Of a DNA stretch of 64,000 nucleotides, positions 1 through 9,674 are shown one piece after another. The notes beneath the pieces are model-generated. The model did no database searches and was not told the DNA's origin. It worked only from the letters and a program-made list of their open reading frames with translations. The stretch spans positions 1,221,103-1,285,102 of the forward strand of contig NZ_JANHAX010000001.1 in NCBI RefSeq assembly GCF_030848945.1, in the 5' to 3' direction. How positions within the stretch are numbered: position 1 is the first letter of the stretch; every line of letters begins with the position of its first letter. This DNA comes from Marimonas arenosa. GTDB lineage: Bacteria; Pseudomonadota; Alphaproteobacteria; Rhodobacterales; Rhodobacteraceae. Position numbers and translations under genes: made by a program.

Positions 1-1335
1 GAATTGCAGGCCACGGTTGGTGTATTTCTTAGCGATCGAGATCACCAGCCGCAGGTTGGCCTCGACCATTTCCTTCTTGGCCTGACGGGCCTCTTTCTCA
101 CCCTTCTGGACCTGGTTGACGATGCGGCGGAACTCGGGGATGTCGAGACCGACATATTGCCCCACCTGGGCCATGTCGGCGCGCAGTTCTTCAACCTTGT
201 CGGTCGAGCGTTCGATGAACATCTGCCAGCCGCGGCCCGATTTGGCGCCCATGTCCTCGAGCCACGCCGGATCCAGCTCGCGCCCGCGGTATTCGTCGAT
301 GAATTCGCGGCGGTTGATGCGGGCCTGGTCGGCAAGCTTCACCATCGCGCTGTCGATCTGCATGATGCGGCGGTTGATGCCGTAAAGCTGGTCGATCAGG
401 GCCTCGATACGGTTGTTGTGCAGGTGCAGTTCGTTGACCAGTTCAACGATCTCGGCACGCAGCTTCTGATAGGTTTTCTCGTCCTTGTCGGAAAACGAGC
501 CATCTTCGTTCAGCGTTGCCGAAATCCGGCTGTCCTGCATTTCGGACAGCATCGCATAGTCGTCGGCGATGCGGTCAAGCGTTTCGAGAACCCGCGGCTT
601 CAGCGCGGTTTCCATCGCGGCAAGCGACATGTTCGCCTGTTCGTCTTCGTCATCGTCGTCGTCTTTGGCGATCGGGTTGCCGTCGGCGTCGAGCTCGGGC
701 TCGGCTTCCTTCTTGTTGGGCGCCGAGGTTACGTTGGCGGCCTCGACCACCGGCTCTTCGTCCTCTTCAAGCTGGCCCGAAAACGTGGTTTCGAGGTCGA
801 TCACGTCGCGCAGCAGGATTTCTTCCGACAGAAGTTCGTCGCGCCAGATGGTGATGGCCTGAAAGGTCAGCGGGCTTTCGCAAAGCCCGGCGATCATGGT
901 GTTGCGCCCGGCCTCGATCCGCTTGGCGATGGCGATCTCGCCTTCGCGGCTCAGCAGTTCGACCGAGCCCATCTCGCGCAGATACATGCGCACCGGATCG
1001 TCGGTGCGGTCGAGCTTTTCCTGAGTCCCCGAGCCGAGCGTCAGCTCACCTTTCTGGCCGGCTTCGACCACGGCGGTGGTTTTCTGCTCCTCCTCCTCGG
1101 CCTCTTCGTCCTCGATGATGTTGATGCCCATTTCCGAGAGCATCGACATCACGTCTTCGATCTGTTCCGAGGAGACCTGGTCGGGCGGCAGCACCTGGTT
1201 GAGCTGGTCGTAGGTGATGTACCCCTTCTCGCGGGCCTCGGCGATCATCTTCTTGACCGCGGTCTGGCTCATGTCGAGCGAGGTTTCGGGTTCCTGATCG
1301 TCGGGCTTGCGGTCTTCGGTATCCTTGGCGGCCAT
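1..1335 (-). CDS. rpoD: RNA polymerase sigma-70 factor RpoD, N-terminal 445 codons. The 3' end is cut by the window edge.
   Basis: Minus-strand translation from the ATG at 1335 gives MAAKDTEDRKPDDQEPETSLDMSQTAVKKMIAEAREKGYITYDQLNQVLPP...ANLRLVISIAKKYTNRGLQF. This covers sigma-70 regions 1.1, the acidic non-conserved region, 1.2 and 2. It is in frame to position 1 with no stop, so it is absent from the ORF track. It lies directly downstream of dnaG, the usual dnaG-rpoD arrangement. The plus-strand ORF 4..1497 is its antisense shadow. Confidence 0.9.
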   Translation of the reverse strand, partial: MAAKDTEDRKPDDQEPETSLDMSQTAVKKMIAEAREKGYITYDQLNQVLPPDQVSSEQIEDVMSMLSEMGINIIEDEEAEEEEQKTTAVVEAGQKGELTLGSGTQEKLDRTDDPVRMYLREMGSVELLSREGEIAIAKRIEAGRNTMIAGLCESPLTFQAITIWRDELLSEEILLRDVIDLETTFSGQLEEDEEPVVEAANVTSAPNKKEAEPELDADGNPIAKDDDDDEDEQANMSLAAMETALKPRVLETLDRIADDYAMLSEMQDSRISATLNEDGSFSDKDEKTYQKLRAEIVELVNELHLHNNRIEALIDQLYGINRRIMQIDSAMVKLADQARINRREFIDEYRGRELDPAWLEDMGAKSGRGWQMFIERSTDKVEELRADMAQVGQYVGLDIPEFRRIVNQVQKGEKEARQAKKEMVEANLRLVISIAKKYTNRGLQF

Positions 1336-1471
1336 GAAATGCTCCTGCTGCGTCGCGTTCTGGGCTCGAATGATTCGCGGGTGATTCGCGTTTCGCCGAA
1401 TCATGGGCGAGGCGAAGTGATTCGGCCACCCGTTTACCCTGTTTTCTTTACCGTTTCCTCACCAAAACGGG

Positions 1472-3409
1472 TTATCGTTGCGGTTTGGCATGCTTGATCT
1501 GGTTCAGAAGCGCCTCGAAAGCATCGCGTTCGTGACGGTTGATTCGGGCACCGTTTTCGCCAACATCGTATTCGGTCTTGTCTTCCTGGCTGCCATGGAC
1601 GGCGCGCCCCGCGGCCTCAGCGGCCTGGCTCAGCCGCCAGGTGACGGCCTCGTCCGCGGGGCCAGAGAGATCCTGCTCAGCCTCGGCGATCTCGGCCTGC
1701 AGTCCGCGCTTGGCATCGAGCTTGGCAAGTTCTTCGCCCACGGTCATGCGGGCCATCTCGGCGTCCTCGGGATGGCGCAGGGCGGGCACAACGCGCAGGT
1801 GGGGCTGGGCGAAGAGCTTTTCAAGCACCGCCTCGCCCATCCGGGCCGACAGGTTCGACAATGACGGCGCGGCGCCCTCGGACAGATGCCGAAGCATCAT
1901 GTTGCGCAGCGCGTCGTGGTCGGGATCGAGACAGTGCATCCGCTCGAGCGCGCCTTCGAATTCGGCAGCCAGCTCGGGCTGCGAGATCAGCACGGCGAGG
2001 ATCACCGCCTCGCGCAGGTGGTCCTGGGCGGCATCGCCGGCGGCGACCAGCAGCGAGGACTTTGTGGCAGTCTGCACCTGCGGCTCCGGGCGCCATTTAC
2101 CCTTCGGCTGCCACTCGCGGCGCGGGTTGAAGAGTTGCCAGCGCAAGTCCTTGATCGCCTGTCCGTAATGCTGTCTGACCGAGGGGTCGCGGATCAGTTT
2201 CAGATTTTCTCTCAAGGCCTTGTCCAACGCGGCCTTGCGCTCGGGGCTGTCGAAGACCCGGGCTTCGGTTTCGCGCCGCCACAGCAGGTCGACCATCGGG
2301 ATCGCCTTTTCGAGCAACGCCTGAAGAGCGCCTCGGCCCTGGCTGCGGATCACGTCGTCGGGGTCCTGACCTTCGGGCATGAGGGCAAAGCGCAGGGAGC
2401 GCCCGGCCTCCAAGAGCGGCAGGGCAATGTCGATCACCCGCATCGCCGCGCGCAGGCCGGCGGTGTCGCCATCAAGAGCGATGATCGGCTCGTCCGCGAT
2501 GCGCCAGAGCAGTTGCAGTTGATGCTCGGTCACGGCGGTGCCCAAAGGCGCCACCGACGCGCCGAACCCGGCCTCGGAAAGCGCGATCACGTCCATGTAG
2601 CCTTCGGCCACGATCAGCGGCTGACCCTTGCCCGCGGCCTCGCGCGCCGGGCCGTGGTTGTAGAGGGTGCGGGACTTGTCGAACAGCAGAGTTTCAGGCG
2701 AATTCAGATACTTGGCGTTGTCGTTCGGGTCCATCGCCCGGCCGCCGAAGGCGATACAGCGGCCGCGCGGGTCACGGATCGGGAACATGATCCGGTGGCG
2801 GAAGGTGTCATAGGGTTTACCGCCCTCGCGGGTCGAGGGTTTTGCCAAGCCGCAATCCAGGATCAGCTGTTGATTCACGGCCTTGCCGCGCAGGTGGTCC
2901 CACAGGTTCTGCCAGCCGTCCGGGGCAAAGCCGATCTCGAATTTCTCTTGTGTGTCCAAGGACATTCCCCGGCGGTCGAGATAGTCGCGTGCCTCGGTTC
3001 CCGCCCCGGTCTTGAGTTGCAACCGGAAGAACTGCACCGCCTGCTCCATCACCTGCGCCAGTTCGGTGCGGCGGTCGGCCTTTTCCTGCGCGCGCGGGTC
3101 GCGGGCGGGCATCTGCATGCCGGACTCGCGGGCGAGGATCTCGACCGCTTCCATGAAGCTTACATTCTCGGTTTCCTTGACGAAGCTGATGGCGTCGCCC
3201 TTGGCGTGGCAGCCGAAGCAATAGTAGAATCCCTTGCGGTCATCGACATGAAAAGACGCGGTTTTTTCCTGGTGGAAGGGGCATGGCGCCCACATGTCGC
3301 CCTTGCCCTGGTTGGACTTGCGCATGTCCCACATGACCTTGCGGCCCACGACCTGCGCGAGCGAGGTGCGGGTGCGGAGTTCGTCGAGGAAACCGGGGGG
3401 CAGCGACAT
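1472..3409 (-). CDS. dnaG: DNA primase
   Basis: 645 aa. N-terminal zinc-ribbon CPFHQEKTASFHV...YYCFGCHAKGDAISF, followed by TOPRIM (EGYMDVIAL) and a C-terminal helicase-interaction domain. Confidence 0.9.
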   Translation of the reverse strand: MSLPPGFLDELRTRTSLAQVVGRKVMWDMRKSNQGKGDMWAPCPFHQEKTASFHVDDRKGFYYCFGCHAKGDAISFVKETENVSFMEAVEILARESGMQMPARDPRAQEKADRRTELAQVMEQAVQFFRLQLKTGAGTEARDYLDRRGMSLDTQEKFEIGFAPDGWQNLWDHLRGKAVNQQLILDCGLAKPSTREGGKPYDTFRHRIMFPIRDPRGRCIAFGGRAMDPNDNAKYLNSPETLLFDKSRTLYNHGPAREAAGKGQPLIVAEGYMDVIALSEAGFGASVAPLGTAVTEHQLQLLWRIADEPIIALDGDTAGLRAAMRVIDIALPLLEAGRSLRFALMPEGQDPDDVIRSQGRGALQALLEKAIPMVDLLWRRETEARVFDSPERKAALDKALRENLKLIRDPSVRQHYGQAIKDLRWQLFNPRREWQPKGKWRPEPQVQTATKSSLLVAAGDAAQDHLREAVILAVLISQPELAAEFEGALERMHCLDPDHDALRNMMLRHLSEGAAPSLSNLSARMGEAVLEKLFAQPHLRVVPALRHPEDAEMARMTVGEELAKLDAKRGLQAEIAEAEQDLSGPADEAVTWRLSQAAEAAGRAVHGSQEDKTEYDVGENGARINRHERDAFEALLNQIKHAKPQR

Positions 3410-3484
3410 GGATCAAGTATGGGGTTTCACCGGGGGCGCGGCAAGGGTCGGAAGCGCCAGAATTTCGCGCCTCAAATCACCGCA

Positions 3485-3787
3485 TTATTGCTTGAACGCG
3501 TTGCACTGCTCTTCGAAGGCGCCGCGCACGTCCGCTTTGAGGTCGTTGCGATGCAGGGTGTAGACATAGCCCACCAGGATCGGCACGGATGCAGCATAGA
3601 CCGTATCGGTTTCAGCAAGGATGGCCTCTTTCACCTTGGCCTCGGAGCTTCTTTTCTTCCGCATTTCAACGGCTTGACCGACGATTTCGGCCTGGGCGGC
3701 GCAGCGGGTCTCGCGTTGTTTGCGGGTTTCGGCCGCCGCCGGCAGGGCAATGGCAGCGACGAGGGCGGCAATTACGAAGCGTTGCAT
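3485..3787 (-). CDS. small secreted hypothetical protein (signal peptide, 2 Cys)
   Basis: 100 aa. N-terminal signal peptide MQRFVIAALVAAIALPAAAE. No recognisable family. Confidence 0.45.
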   Translation of the reverse strand: MQRFVIAALVAAIALPAAAETRKQRETRCAAQAEIVGQAVEMRKKRSSEAKVKEAILAETDTVYAASVPILVGYVYTLHRNDLKADVRGAFEEQCNAFKQ

Positions 3788-4007
3788 GGGGCATCTCCCT
3801 GACAGGTCGGATTCCGGGTCTTTTACCCTGCTCCGCCGGCCATATCACCCCGCAACTTCGTGAGCACCGCACGGTGGGGTTAACGCGCCTCGATGCAGCC
3901 AAAGGAGTGGTATGGCACCCTGGCTGGCATGCTGGCTGCGATGCGTATGGCGCCGCAGCGCGGCATTCCTTAAGGGAAAATTGACTAATGCAACGCGCGG
4001 TGCCCGG

Positions 4008-4553
4008 TTACAGCCGGGTGCGGGCGGCCACCGAGGTCATCGCCTCGGTTACGTCATGCACCAGCGTCTTCGCCATCGACCGGAAGGCCATGATGCCGTA
4101 GCGGCTCTCGCCGGTGCGCATCAGCACCGCGCTCATATGCGCCAATTCGGTGCGGGCGGCATGACCCTGCCTGAAAACTGAAGGGCGCAAGTCGAGCGGC
4201 GTCAAGCGGGCGAGCACGTCGCGGGCACCGTCGCCTTCCAGCGCGACGCAGGCCCAGGCGTCGGTCTGGTCGGTCATGGCGGCGCCGGGAATCGGCTGCA
4301 GGGCGGGGCCCAGTACCAGCGCCTGGCCCAACCCGGACCAGACGGCGCGGGCATGGGCCTTGCCGGTGGTGCGGCCCGGTTTCGGAAAGGCGGCCCCCAT
4401 CTGTGCCTTGAGCGTGCCGGACACCGCGTCCTCCTGCCCCGTAAGCGGCGCCACAGAGGTAATCGCCTCGAAGCTGATCTCGGTCAGCGTCACGGTGCCG
4501 ATGGTGCGCGGCAAAAGCCCGTCGCAGGGAGTCTTGGCGAGAAGCTCAATCAC
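4008..4553 (-). CDS. soxG: sarcosine oxidase gamma subunit
   Basis: GTG start at 4553 overlaps the soxA stop by 8 nt (cccGTGATTGAg), with AAGGAGG six nt upstream inside soxA. The product VIELLAKTPCDGLLPRTIG...ARLTPLDLRPSVF is typical of SoxG. The track ORF 4008..4763 carries a spurious N-terminal extension. Confidence 0.75.
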   Translation of the reverse strand: MIELLAKTPCDGLLPRTIGTVTLTEISFEAITSVAPLTGQEDAVSGTLKAQMGAAFPKPGRTTGKAHARAVWSGLGQALVLGPALQPIPGAAMTDQTDAWACVALEGDGARDVLARLTPLDLRPSVFRQGHAARTELAHMSAVLMRTGESRYGIMAFRSMAKTLVHDVTEAMTSVAARTRL

Positions 4554-7467
4554 GGGCGCGGCCTCCTTGCGGGTCGAAGAATACCGGGTGGCAGACCTCG
4601 GCGGTGGTTTCGATGCCGCGGACATGATCGACCATGCGGATCTCTTCGCCGATCCGGTCGGGGCCGTTGCGCAGGAAGCCAAGCCCGAGGAAATGCCCGA
4701 GCGTGGGTGAGAAACCGACCGAGGTGATGTAGCCCTGGTCGTTCTGGCGGACGGCGTCTTCACCGAGGTTGAAGAGATGCGCCCCGGCGGTGAGCTGTTT
4801 CACCGGGCCGGTGGGCTTGAGACCGACGAGCCTTTCGCGGTCGGGATCCATCAGGCCGGGGCGTTCGCTTGCGGTCTTTCCGACGAAATCCTTTTTCTTG
4901 CTCATCATGCCCTGCAACCCGACATCGAAGGCGGTGACCCGGCCGTGGATCTCGGAATGGGTGATGAAGCCCTTTTCGATCCTGAGCACGTTGAGCGCCT
5001 CCATGCCGTAGGCACCGCCGCCAAGTGTTTCGGCCCGGGCGCGCAGGAGCCGGAACAGGCTTTCGCCATAGCGCGCGGGCACGGCGATTTCATAGGCGTG
5101 CTCGCCAGAGAAAGAGATGCGGAAGAGCCGCGCCGAGACGCCGCCAAGCGAGACATCGCCACAGCCCATGAAGGAGAAGGTCTCACCGGTGATGTCGTGA
5201 TCGAGCAGGCTGTTGAGCAGCTCGCGCGATTTCGGGCCGGCGACGGCGAACTGCGCCCACTGCTCGGTGACCGAGATGAACTGGACGTCAAGCGCGGGGC
5301 GCAGGCATTGGTGGACGAAGGCAAGGTGGCGCATCACCTGCCCCGCCGCGGCAGTGGTGGTTGTCATCAGGTAGTGGTGCTCGCCCAGCCGCGCGGTGGT
5401 GCCATCGTCCATCACGTGACCATCCTCGCGCAGCATCAGCCCGTAGCGGGTGCGGCCCACCTTCAGTGTTGAGAACATGTTGGTGTAGACGAAATCGAGG
5501 AATTCGCCGGCGTCCTGCCCCTGGATGTCGATCTTGCCGAGAGTTGAGACATCGCAGATTCCGACGGCGTTGCGAACATAGCCAACCTCGCGGTCGCAGG
5601 ATTCCCGCCAGTAGGATTCGCCCGGCTTGGGGAAATAGGACGGGCGGTACCAGAGCCCGGCCTCGACCATCGGGGCCTCTTCGGAGGCGGCGTGCGAGGT
5701 GGTGAACCGTTCCGGAGCAAAGCCTTTGCCCCGGGCGCCGGCGGCAATGGCGCCAAGCGTGGTCGGCGTATAGGGCGCGCGGTATGTGGTGGTGCCTGTC
5801 TCGGGGATGCTGCGGCCGGTGGCATCGGCGAGGACGGCGAGCGCGCCCATGTTGGAGTTCTTGCCCTGATCCGGGGCCATGCCCTGGGTGGTGTAGCGTT
5901 TCATGTGCTCGACCGAGCGGTAGGATTCCTGCGCCGCGAGCTTGACGTCCTTGACGGTGACATCGTTCTGGAAATCGAGCCAGGCGCGGCCGCGGCCGGG
6001 CACCGACCAGAGCGGGGTGATATCGTAGGCGCCATCCTCGGCTTTCGGCAGCGGGATGTTCGCGGGCTTGAGGCCGAGATCGGTCAGCGCCGCCTGCGCG
6101 GCCTTGCGGCCCTGGGCCAGCGCATCGGCGGTGGTAAAGACGCCGTTGGCGGCGCCCACCGGCTCGAGCCCCGGGACCATGCCTGGCCGGGGGTGGAAAG
6201 CGGCCGTGGATTCATCCCATTGCGGGCGGCCGTTCATGTGACAGGTGAGGTGCAGCGACGGGTTCCAGCCCCCAGAGACGGCGAGACAGTCGGCTTGCAC
6301 CTTCTCGATGCCAGAGGCGGTGGCGATAGATATCGCCTCGAGCCCCTTGCGGCCTTCGGAGCCACAGACCTGACCATGATAAAGCGGCACGTCGAGATCA
6401 GTCTGAACGCCGGGGCGGCTGTCGATCAGGGCGGCAACGTGGATACCGTGGTCAATGAGCGCGCGGGCGGTGGCGTGGGCACTGTCGTTGTTGCCGAAGA
6501 CGGCGACCGAGCGGCCGGGGGCCACCGCATAGCGGTTGAGATAGCTGCGCACGGCGCCCGCCATCATGATGCCGGGGCGGTCGTTGTTCTGGAAGGCGAC
6601 CGGGCGTTCGAGGGCGCCGGTGGCGAGGACGGCGCGTTTGGCGACGATGCGCCAGAAGGCCTCACGCGGGGCGTCGCCCGGGTGCGGCAGGTGCATCGCC
6701 ACACGTTCGACCGCCGAAAAGGTGCCGTGGTCATAGGCTCCGGTGACGGTGGTGCGGGACATGCACCGAACGTTGTCCATCTGCGCCAGATCGGCCGCCA
6801 CGTCGGCCGCCCAGTCAGGGCCGGGCCGGCCGTCGACCTCGGTCAGGTCGGCATTGAGGCGGCCGCCCATGCGGCTGTCTTCGTCGGCGAGGATCACGTC
6901 GGCCCCGGCGCGGGCGGCCTCGAGCGCAGCCATTAATCCTGCAGGACCCGCACCGATCACCAGCAGGTCGCAATGGGCGAAGGCGCGTTCATAGCGGTCC
7001 TCGTCGGGCAGGCCGGAGAGGGCTCCGAGACCGGCGGCACGGCGGATCGCGGGCTCGTAGAGCATTTCCCAGAAAGCGCGCGGCCACATGAAGGTTTTGT
7101 AGTAGAATCCCGCGCCGAAAAACGGGGCGGCCAGATCGTTGAGCGCGAGAAGGTCGAAATTGACACTGGGCCAGCAGTTCTGGCTGCGGGCGGCAAGGCC
7201 CTCGTATAGCTCGAGCGTGGTGGCGCGGAGGTTGGGTTCCTGCCCGGCCCCGTGGCCGAGCGTCACCAGCGCGTTGGGTTCTTCCGAGCCAGCGGTCATG
7301 ATGCCGCGCGGGCGGTGGTACTTGAAGCTGCGGGCGACGGTTTTCAGCCCGTTGGCAATCAGCGCCGAGGCCAGCGTATCACCCTGGACACCCTGATAAC
7401 TGTGGCCGTCATAACTGAAACGGATGGGGTGGCTGCGGTCGATCAGCCCGCCGGAGGGAAGCCTCAT
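4546..7467 (-). CDS. soxA: sarcosine oxidase alpha subunit
   Basis: 973 aa. N-terminal 2Fe-2S-like domain (RFSYDGHSYQGVQGDTLASALIANG), FAD/NAD Rossmann (LLVIGAGPAGLMAA), C-terminal GcvT-like folate-binding domain. Confidence 0.9.
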   Translation of the reverse strand: MRLPSGGLIDRSHPIRFSYDGHSYQGVQGDTLASALIANGLKTVARSFKYHRPRGIMTAGSEEPNALVTLGHGAGQEPNLRATTLELYEGLAARSQNCWPSVNFDLLALNDLAAPFFGAGFYYKTFMWPRAFWEMLYEPAIRRAAGLGALSGLPDEDRYERAFAHCDLLVIGAGPAGLMAALEAARAGADVILADEDSRMGGRLNADLTEVDGRPGPDWAADVAADLAQMDNVRCMSRTTVTGAYDHGTFSAVERVAMHLPHPGDAPREAFWRIVAKRAVLATGALERPVAFQNNDRPGIMMAGAVRSYLNRYAVAPGRSVAVFGNNDSAHATARALIDHGIHVAALIDSRPGVQTDLDVPLYHGQVCGSEGRKGLEAISIATASGIEKVQADCLAVSGGWNPSLHLTCHMNGRPQWDESTAAFHPRPGMVPGLEPVGAANGVFTTADALAQGRKAAQAALTDLGLKPANIPLPKAEDGAYDITPLWSVPGRGRAWLDFQNDVTVKDVKLAAQESYRSVEHMKRYTTQGMAPDQGKNSNMGALAVLADATGRSIPETGTTTYRAPYTPTTLGAIAAGARGKGFAPERFTTSHAASEEAPMVEAGLWYRPSYFPKPGESYWRESCDREVGYVRNAVGICDVSTLGKIDIQGQDAGEFLDFVYTNMFSTLKVGRTRYGLMLREDGHVMDDGTTARLGEHHYLMTTTTAAAGQVMRHLAFVHQCLRPALDVQFISVTEQWAQFAVAGPKSRELLNSLLDHDITGETFSFMGCGDVSLGGVSARLFRISFSGEHAYEIAVPARYGESLFRLLRARAETLGGGAYGMEALNVLRIEKGFITHSEIHGRVTAFDVGLQGMMSKKKDFVGKTASERPGLMDPDRERLVGLKPTGPVKQLTAGAHLFNLGEDAVRQNDQGYITSVGFSPTLGHFLGLGFLRNGPDRIGEEIRMVDHVRGIETTAEVCHPVFFDPQGGRARD

Positions 7468-7736
7468 TTTCCGGCCTCCTTCACGTCGCGGGCCAGCTCG
7501 ACCCTGTGAACCTCGTGGGTGACGGTGTCGCGGGTGACCACGAGCCAGGCGGTGCAGCCGCTGTCATGATACCACAGCTCGCGCGTCGGCCCGGCAGGGT
7601 TGTCGCGGTTGTGCAGATAGTCGTTCCAGACCCCGAAGCCCGCCTCGGGGTCGGGGCGATCAAGCGCCAGCGCGTCGCCCTGATAGGTGAATTCGCGACG
7701 GTCGCGGGGGCCACAGAGGGGGCAGTCAATGCGCAT
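7464..7736 (-). CDS. soxD: sarcosine oxidase delta subunit
   Basis: Start at MRIDCPLCGPRDRREFTY (Zn-ribbon-like Cys pair), about 90 aa. The ATG lies 1 nt after the stop of the upstream ORF and overlaps the soxA start region. Confidence 0.8.
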   Translation of the reverse strand: MRIDCPLCGPRDRREFTYQGDALALDRPDPEAGFGVWNDYLHNRDNPAGPTRELWYHDSGCTAWLVVTRDTVTHEVHRVELARDVKEAGK

Positions 7737-7737
7737 G

Positions 7738-8268
7738 TCAGCTGTCCTCGTCGGGCCAGAGGGCGTCGCAGACCGCGCCGTCGACACGGTAGAGCCGGTA
7801 CGTCACGGGTTGCTGCGGGTGTTCGGCGAGGTCGACGGCGCCGCCGCACTCTTCGGTGTCGCCGACCATCACGTAGCTGGTGCGGATCTCCAAAACGTCA
7901 CCATCGTCGCGGGTGATCTCGAACCAGCCGCCGTCGCATTCCACCGAACAGCTCCAGTCCGTCTCGCCCCGGCTTCTGTCCTGGTAACAGTGCATCCCAC
8001 CATCGAACACCTGTCCGCCGAAGCCGTCGCTGGCAACGTGGCCCTGATCCGCAGTCAGAACCCGGACCGAGGCGTAGGTGTCGTCGGTTTCGAATACCTC
8101 GTAGGGGATCTTGTAAAAGCTGAGCCATATCTGGTCGACGACCTGGTCCGGGTGGGCGGCGAGATGCGGGTCCGAATAGTCGCGCATGAAGCAGCCCAGG
8201 GTCGGTTCGGCCATGGCCGGGGCCGAGACAAGTCCCGCGATCAGGCTAGTGAAGATTGTGTTGCGCAC
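7738..8268 (-). CDS. secreted Cys-rich hypothetical protein embedded in the sox operon
   Basis: 176 aa. Signal peptide MRNTIFTSLIAGLVSAPAMA, 7 Cys. Fills the soxB-soxD gap exactly: overlaps the soxB stop by 23 nt, and its TGA sits 1 nt before the soxD ATG. Confidence 0.6.
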   Translation of the reverse strand: MRNTIFTSLIAGLVSAPAMAEPTLGCFMRDYSDPHLAAHPDQVVDQIWLSFYKIPYEVFETDDTYASVRVLTADQGHVASDGFGGQVFDGGMHCYQDRSRGETDWSCSVECDGGWFEITRDDGDVLEIRTSYVMVGDTEECGGAVDLAEHPQQPVTYRLYRVDGAVCDALWPDEDS

Positions 8269-9499
8269 CGGTGCCCTCCTCGTCCATCAGACCGCGACCG
8301 GTTTCGAACCGGTCGAGGCGGTAGCGGGTGGCGACCTCGTGTGGCTGGCCGGTGGCCATCAGATGCGCCATGCACCAGCCGCTTGCCGGCACCGCCTTGA
8401 AGCCGCCGTAACACCAGCCAGTGTTGACAAAGAGCCCGTCGATATCGGTGCGGTCGATGATCGGCGAACCGTCGGGCGACATGTCCATGATCCCGCCCCA
8501 GGATCTGAGCAGCTTGGCCTTGCCGATCATCGGCATAAGGGTGACCCCGGCCTCGATCACGTGCTCGGCGGTGGGCAGGTTGCCGCGCTGGGCGTAGGAG
8601 GCATAGAAGTCGATGTCGCCGCCGAAAACCAGCCCGCCCTTGTCGGACTGCGAGATATAGAAATGCCCCATGCCGAAGGTCACCACGTGATCGACGCAGG
8701 GCTTCAGCCCCTCGGTAACGAAGGCCTGGAGCACATGGCTTTCGATCGGCAGACGCATGCCCGCCATCGCCGCAACCTGGCCCGAGCGGCCGGCGACAAC
8801 CATGCCGACCTTCCTGGCCTTGATCACGCCGCGGCTGGTCTGGACGCCCACGACCTTGCCGGCCTCGATGTCGATGCCGGTGACCTCGCAATTCTGGATC
8901 AGATCGACACCGCGCTGGTCGGCACCACGAGCGTAGCCCCAGGCGACGGCATCATGCCGGGCGGTGCCGCCGCGGGGGTGGTAGAGGCCGCCGCGGATCG
9001 GGAACCGTTCCTGGTCGTAGTTGAGATAGGGGAGCAGTTTGCGCACCCCGTCGCGGTCCAACAGGATGGCATCGTCGCCCTGGTTGACCATGGCGTTGGC
9101 CCGCCGCGCGGCGGCGTCGCGGGAACCGTCGGAGTGGAACAGGTTGATGATGCCGCGCTGGGAATGCATCACGTTGTAGTTCAGGTCCTGTTCCAGGCCT
9201 TCCCACAGCTCGAGCGAATGCGAATAGAACTCGGAATTGCCGGGCAGGCCGTAGTTGGCGCGCACGATGGTGGTGTTGCGCCCGACATTGCCGCCGCCGA
9301 GATATCCCTTTTCCAGCACGGCGATGTTGGTCATACCGTGGTTCTTGGCCAGGTAATAGGCGGTCGAGAGCCCATGGCCACCGCCGCCGATGATCACGGC
9401 ATCGTATTCCGGTTTCGGCGCCGGGTCGCGCCAATGCGGCGCCCAGCCACGGTTGCCGGTCAGCCCTTCTTTCAAAATTTTCAGCGCGGAAAAGCGCAT
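8246..9499 (-). CDS. soxB: sarcosine oxidase beta subunit
   Basis: Start at MRFSALKILKEG. FAD-binding motif DAVIIGGGGHGLSTAYYL. The track ORF extends 27 codons further upstream. Confidence 0.9.
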   Translation of the reverse strand: MRFSALKILKEGLTGNRGWAPHWRDPAPKPEYDAVIIGGGGHGLSTAYYLAKNHGMTNIAVLEKGYLGGGNVGRNTTIVRANYGLPGNSEFYSHSLELWEGLEQDLNYNVMHSQRGIINLFHSDGSRDAAARRANAMVNQGDDAILLDRDGVRKLLPYLNYDQERFPIRGGLYHPRGGTARHDAVAWGYARGADQRGVDLIQNCEVTGIDIEAGKVVGVQTSRGVIKARKVGMVVAGRSGQVAAMAGMRLPIESHVLQAFVTEGLKPCVDHVVTFGMGHFYISQSDKGGLVFGGDIDFYASYAQRGNLPTAEHVIEAGVTLMPMIGKAKLLRSWGGIMDMSPDGSPIIDRTDIDGLFVNTGWCYGGFKAVPASGWCMAHLMATGQPHEVATRYRLDRFETGRGLMDEEGTGAQHNLH

Positions 9500-9590
9500 G
9501 TGTCCCCCTGCCCCATACCGGGACTCGGCCAGAAGTGAACCAACTTGCTGGCAGCTTAGCAACCTGCGGCCGGGGTGCAATCGCGGGAAG

Positions 9591-9631
9591 CCGACAAAAA
9601 CCGGCCCGGGCGCGACAGCGACCCGGGCCGG
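9591..9631 (-). terminator. Rho-independent terminator candidate downstream of the minus-strand Tad module
   Basis: Perfect GC-rich inverted repeat ccggcccggg-N11-cccgggccgg. On the minus strand it is followed by TTTTTGTCGG (plus strand gccgacaaaaa at 9591-9601). Sits 45 nt after the TadG-like stop. Confidence 0.6.
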
Positions 9632-9674
9632 TCAGAATCTTTGGTGTTCTGTTGCGTCGGAGCGTGACCGGGGA

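Noticed and set aside
4-1497. 497-aa plus-strand ORF at the window start
   Set aside because: Antisense shadow of rpoD. The minus strand translates cleanly to sigma-70 regions 1.1-2. The plus-strand product is low-complexity Leu/Val/Gly-rich, typical of GC-rich antisense frames.
1886-3802. 638-aa plus-strand ORF
   Set aside because: Antisense of dnaG. dnaG has the zinc-ribbon and TOPRIM motifs. This frame has none and an Arg/Gly/Ala composition.
5692-6936. 414-aa plus-strand ORF and other long ORFs inside 4546-7467
   Set aside because: They lie within or antisense to soxA, which is a well-supported 973-aa multi-domain protein.
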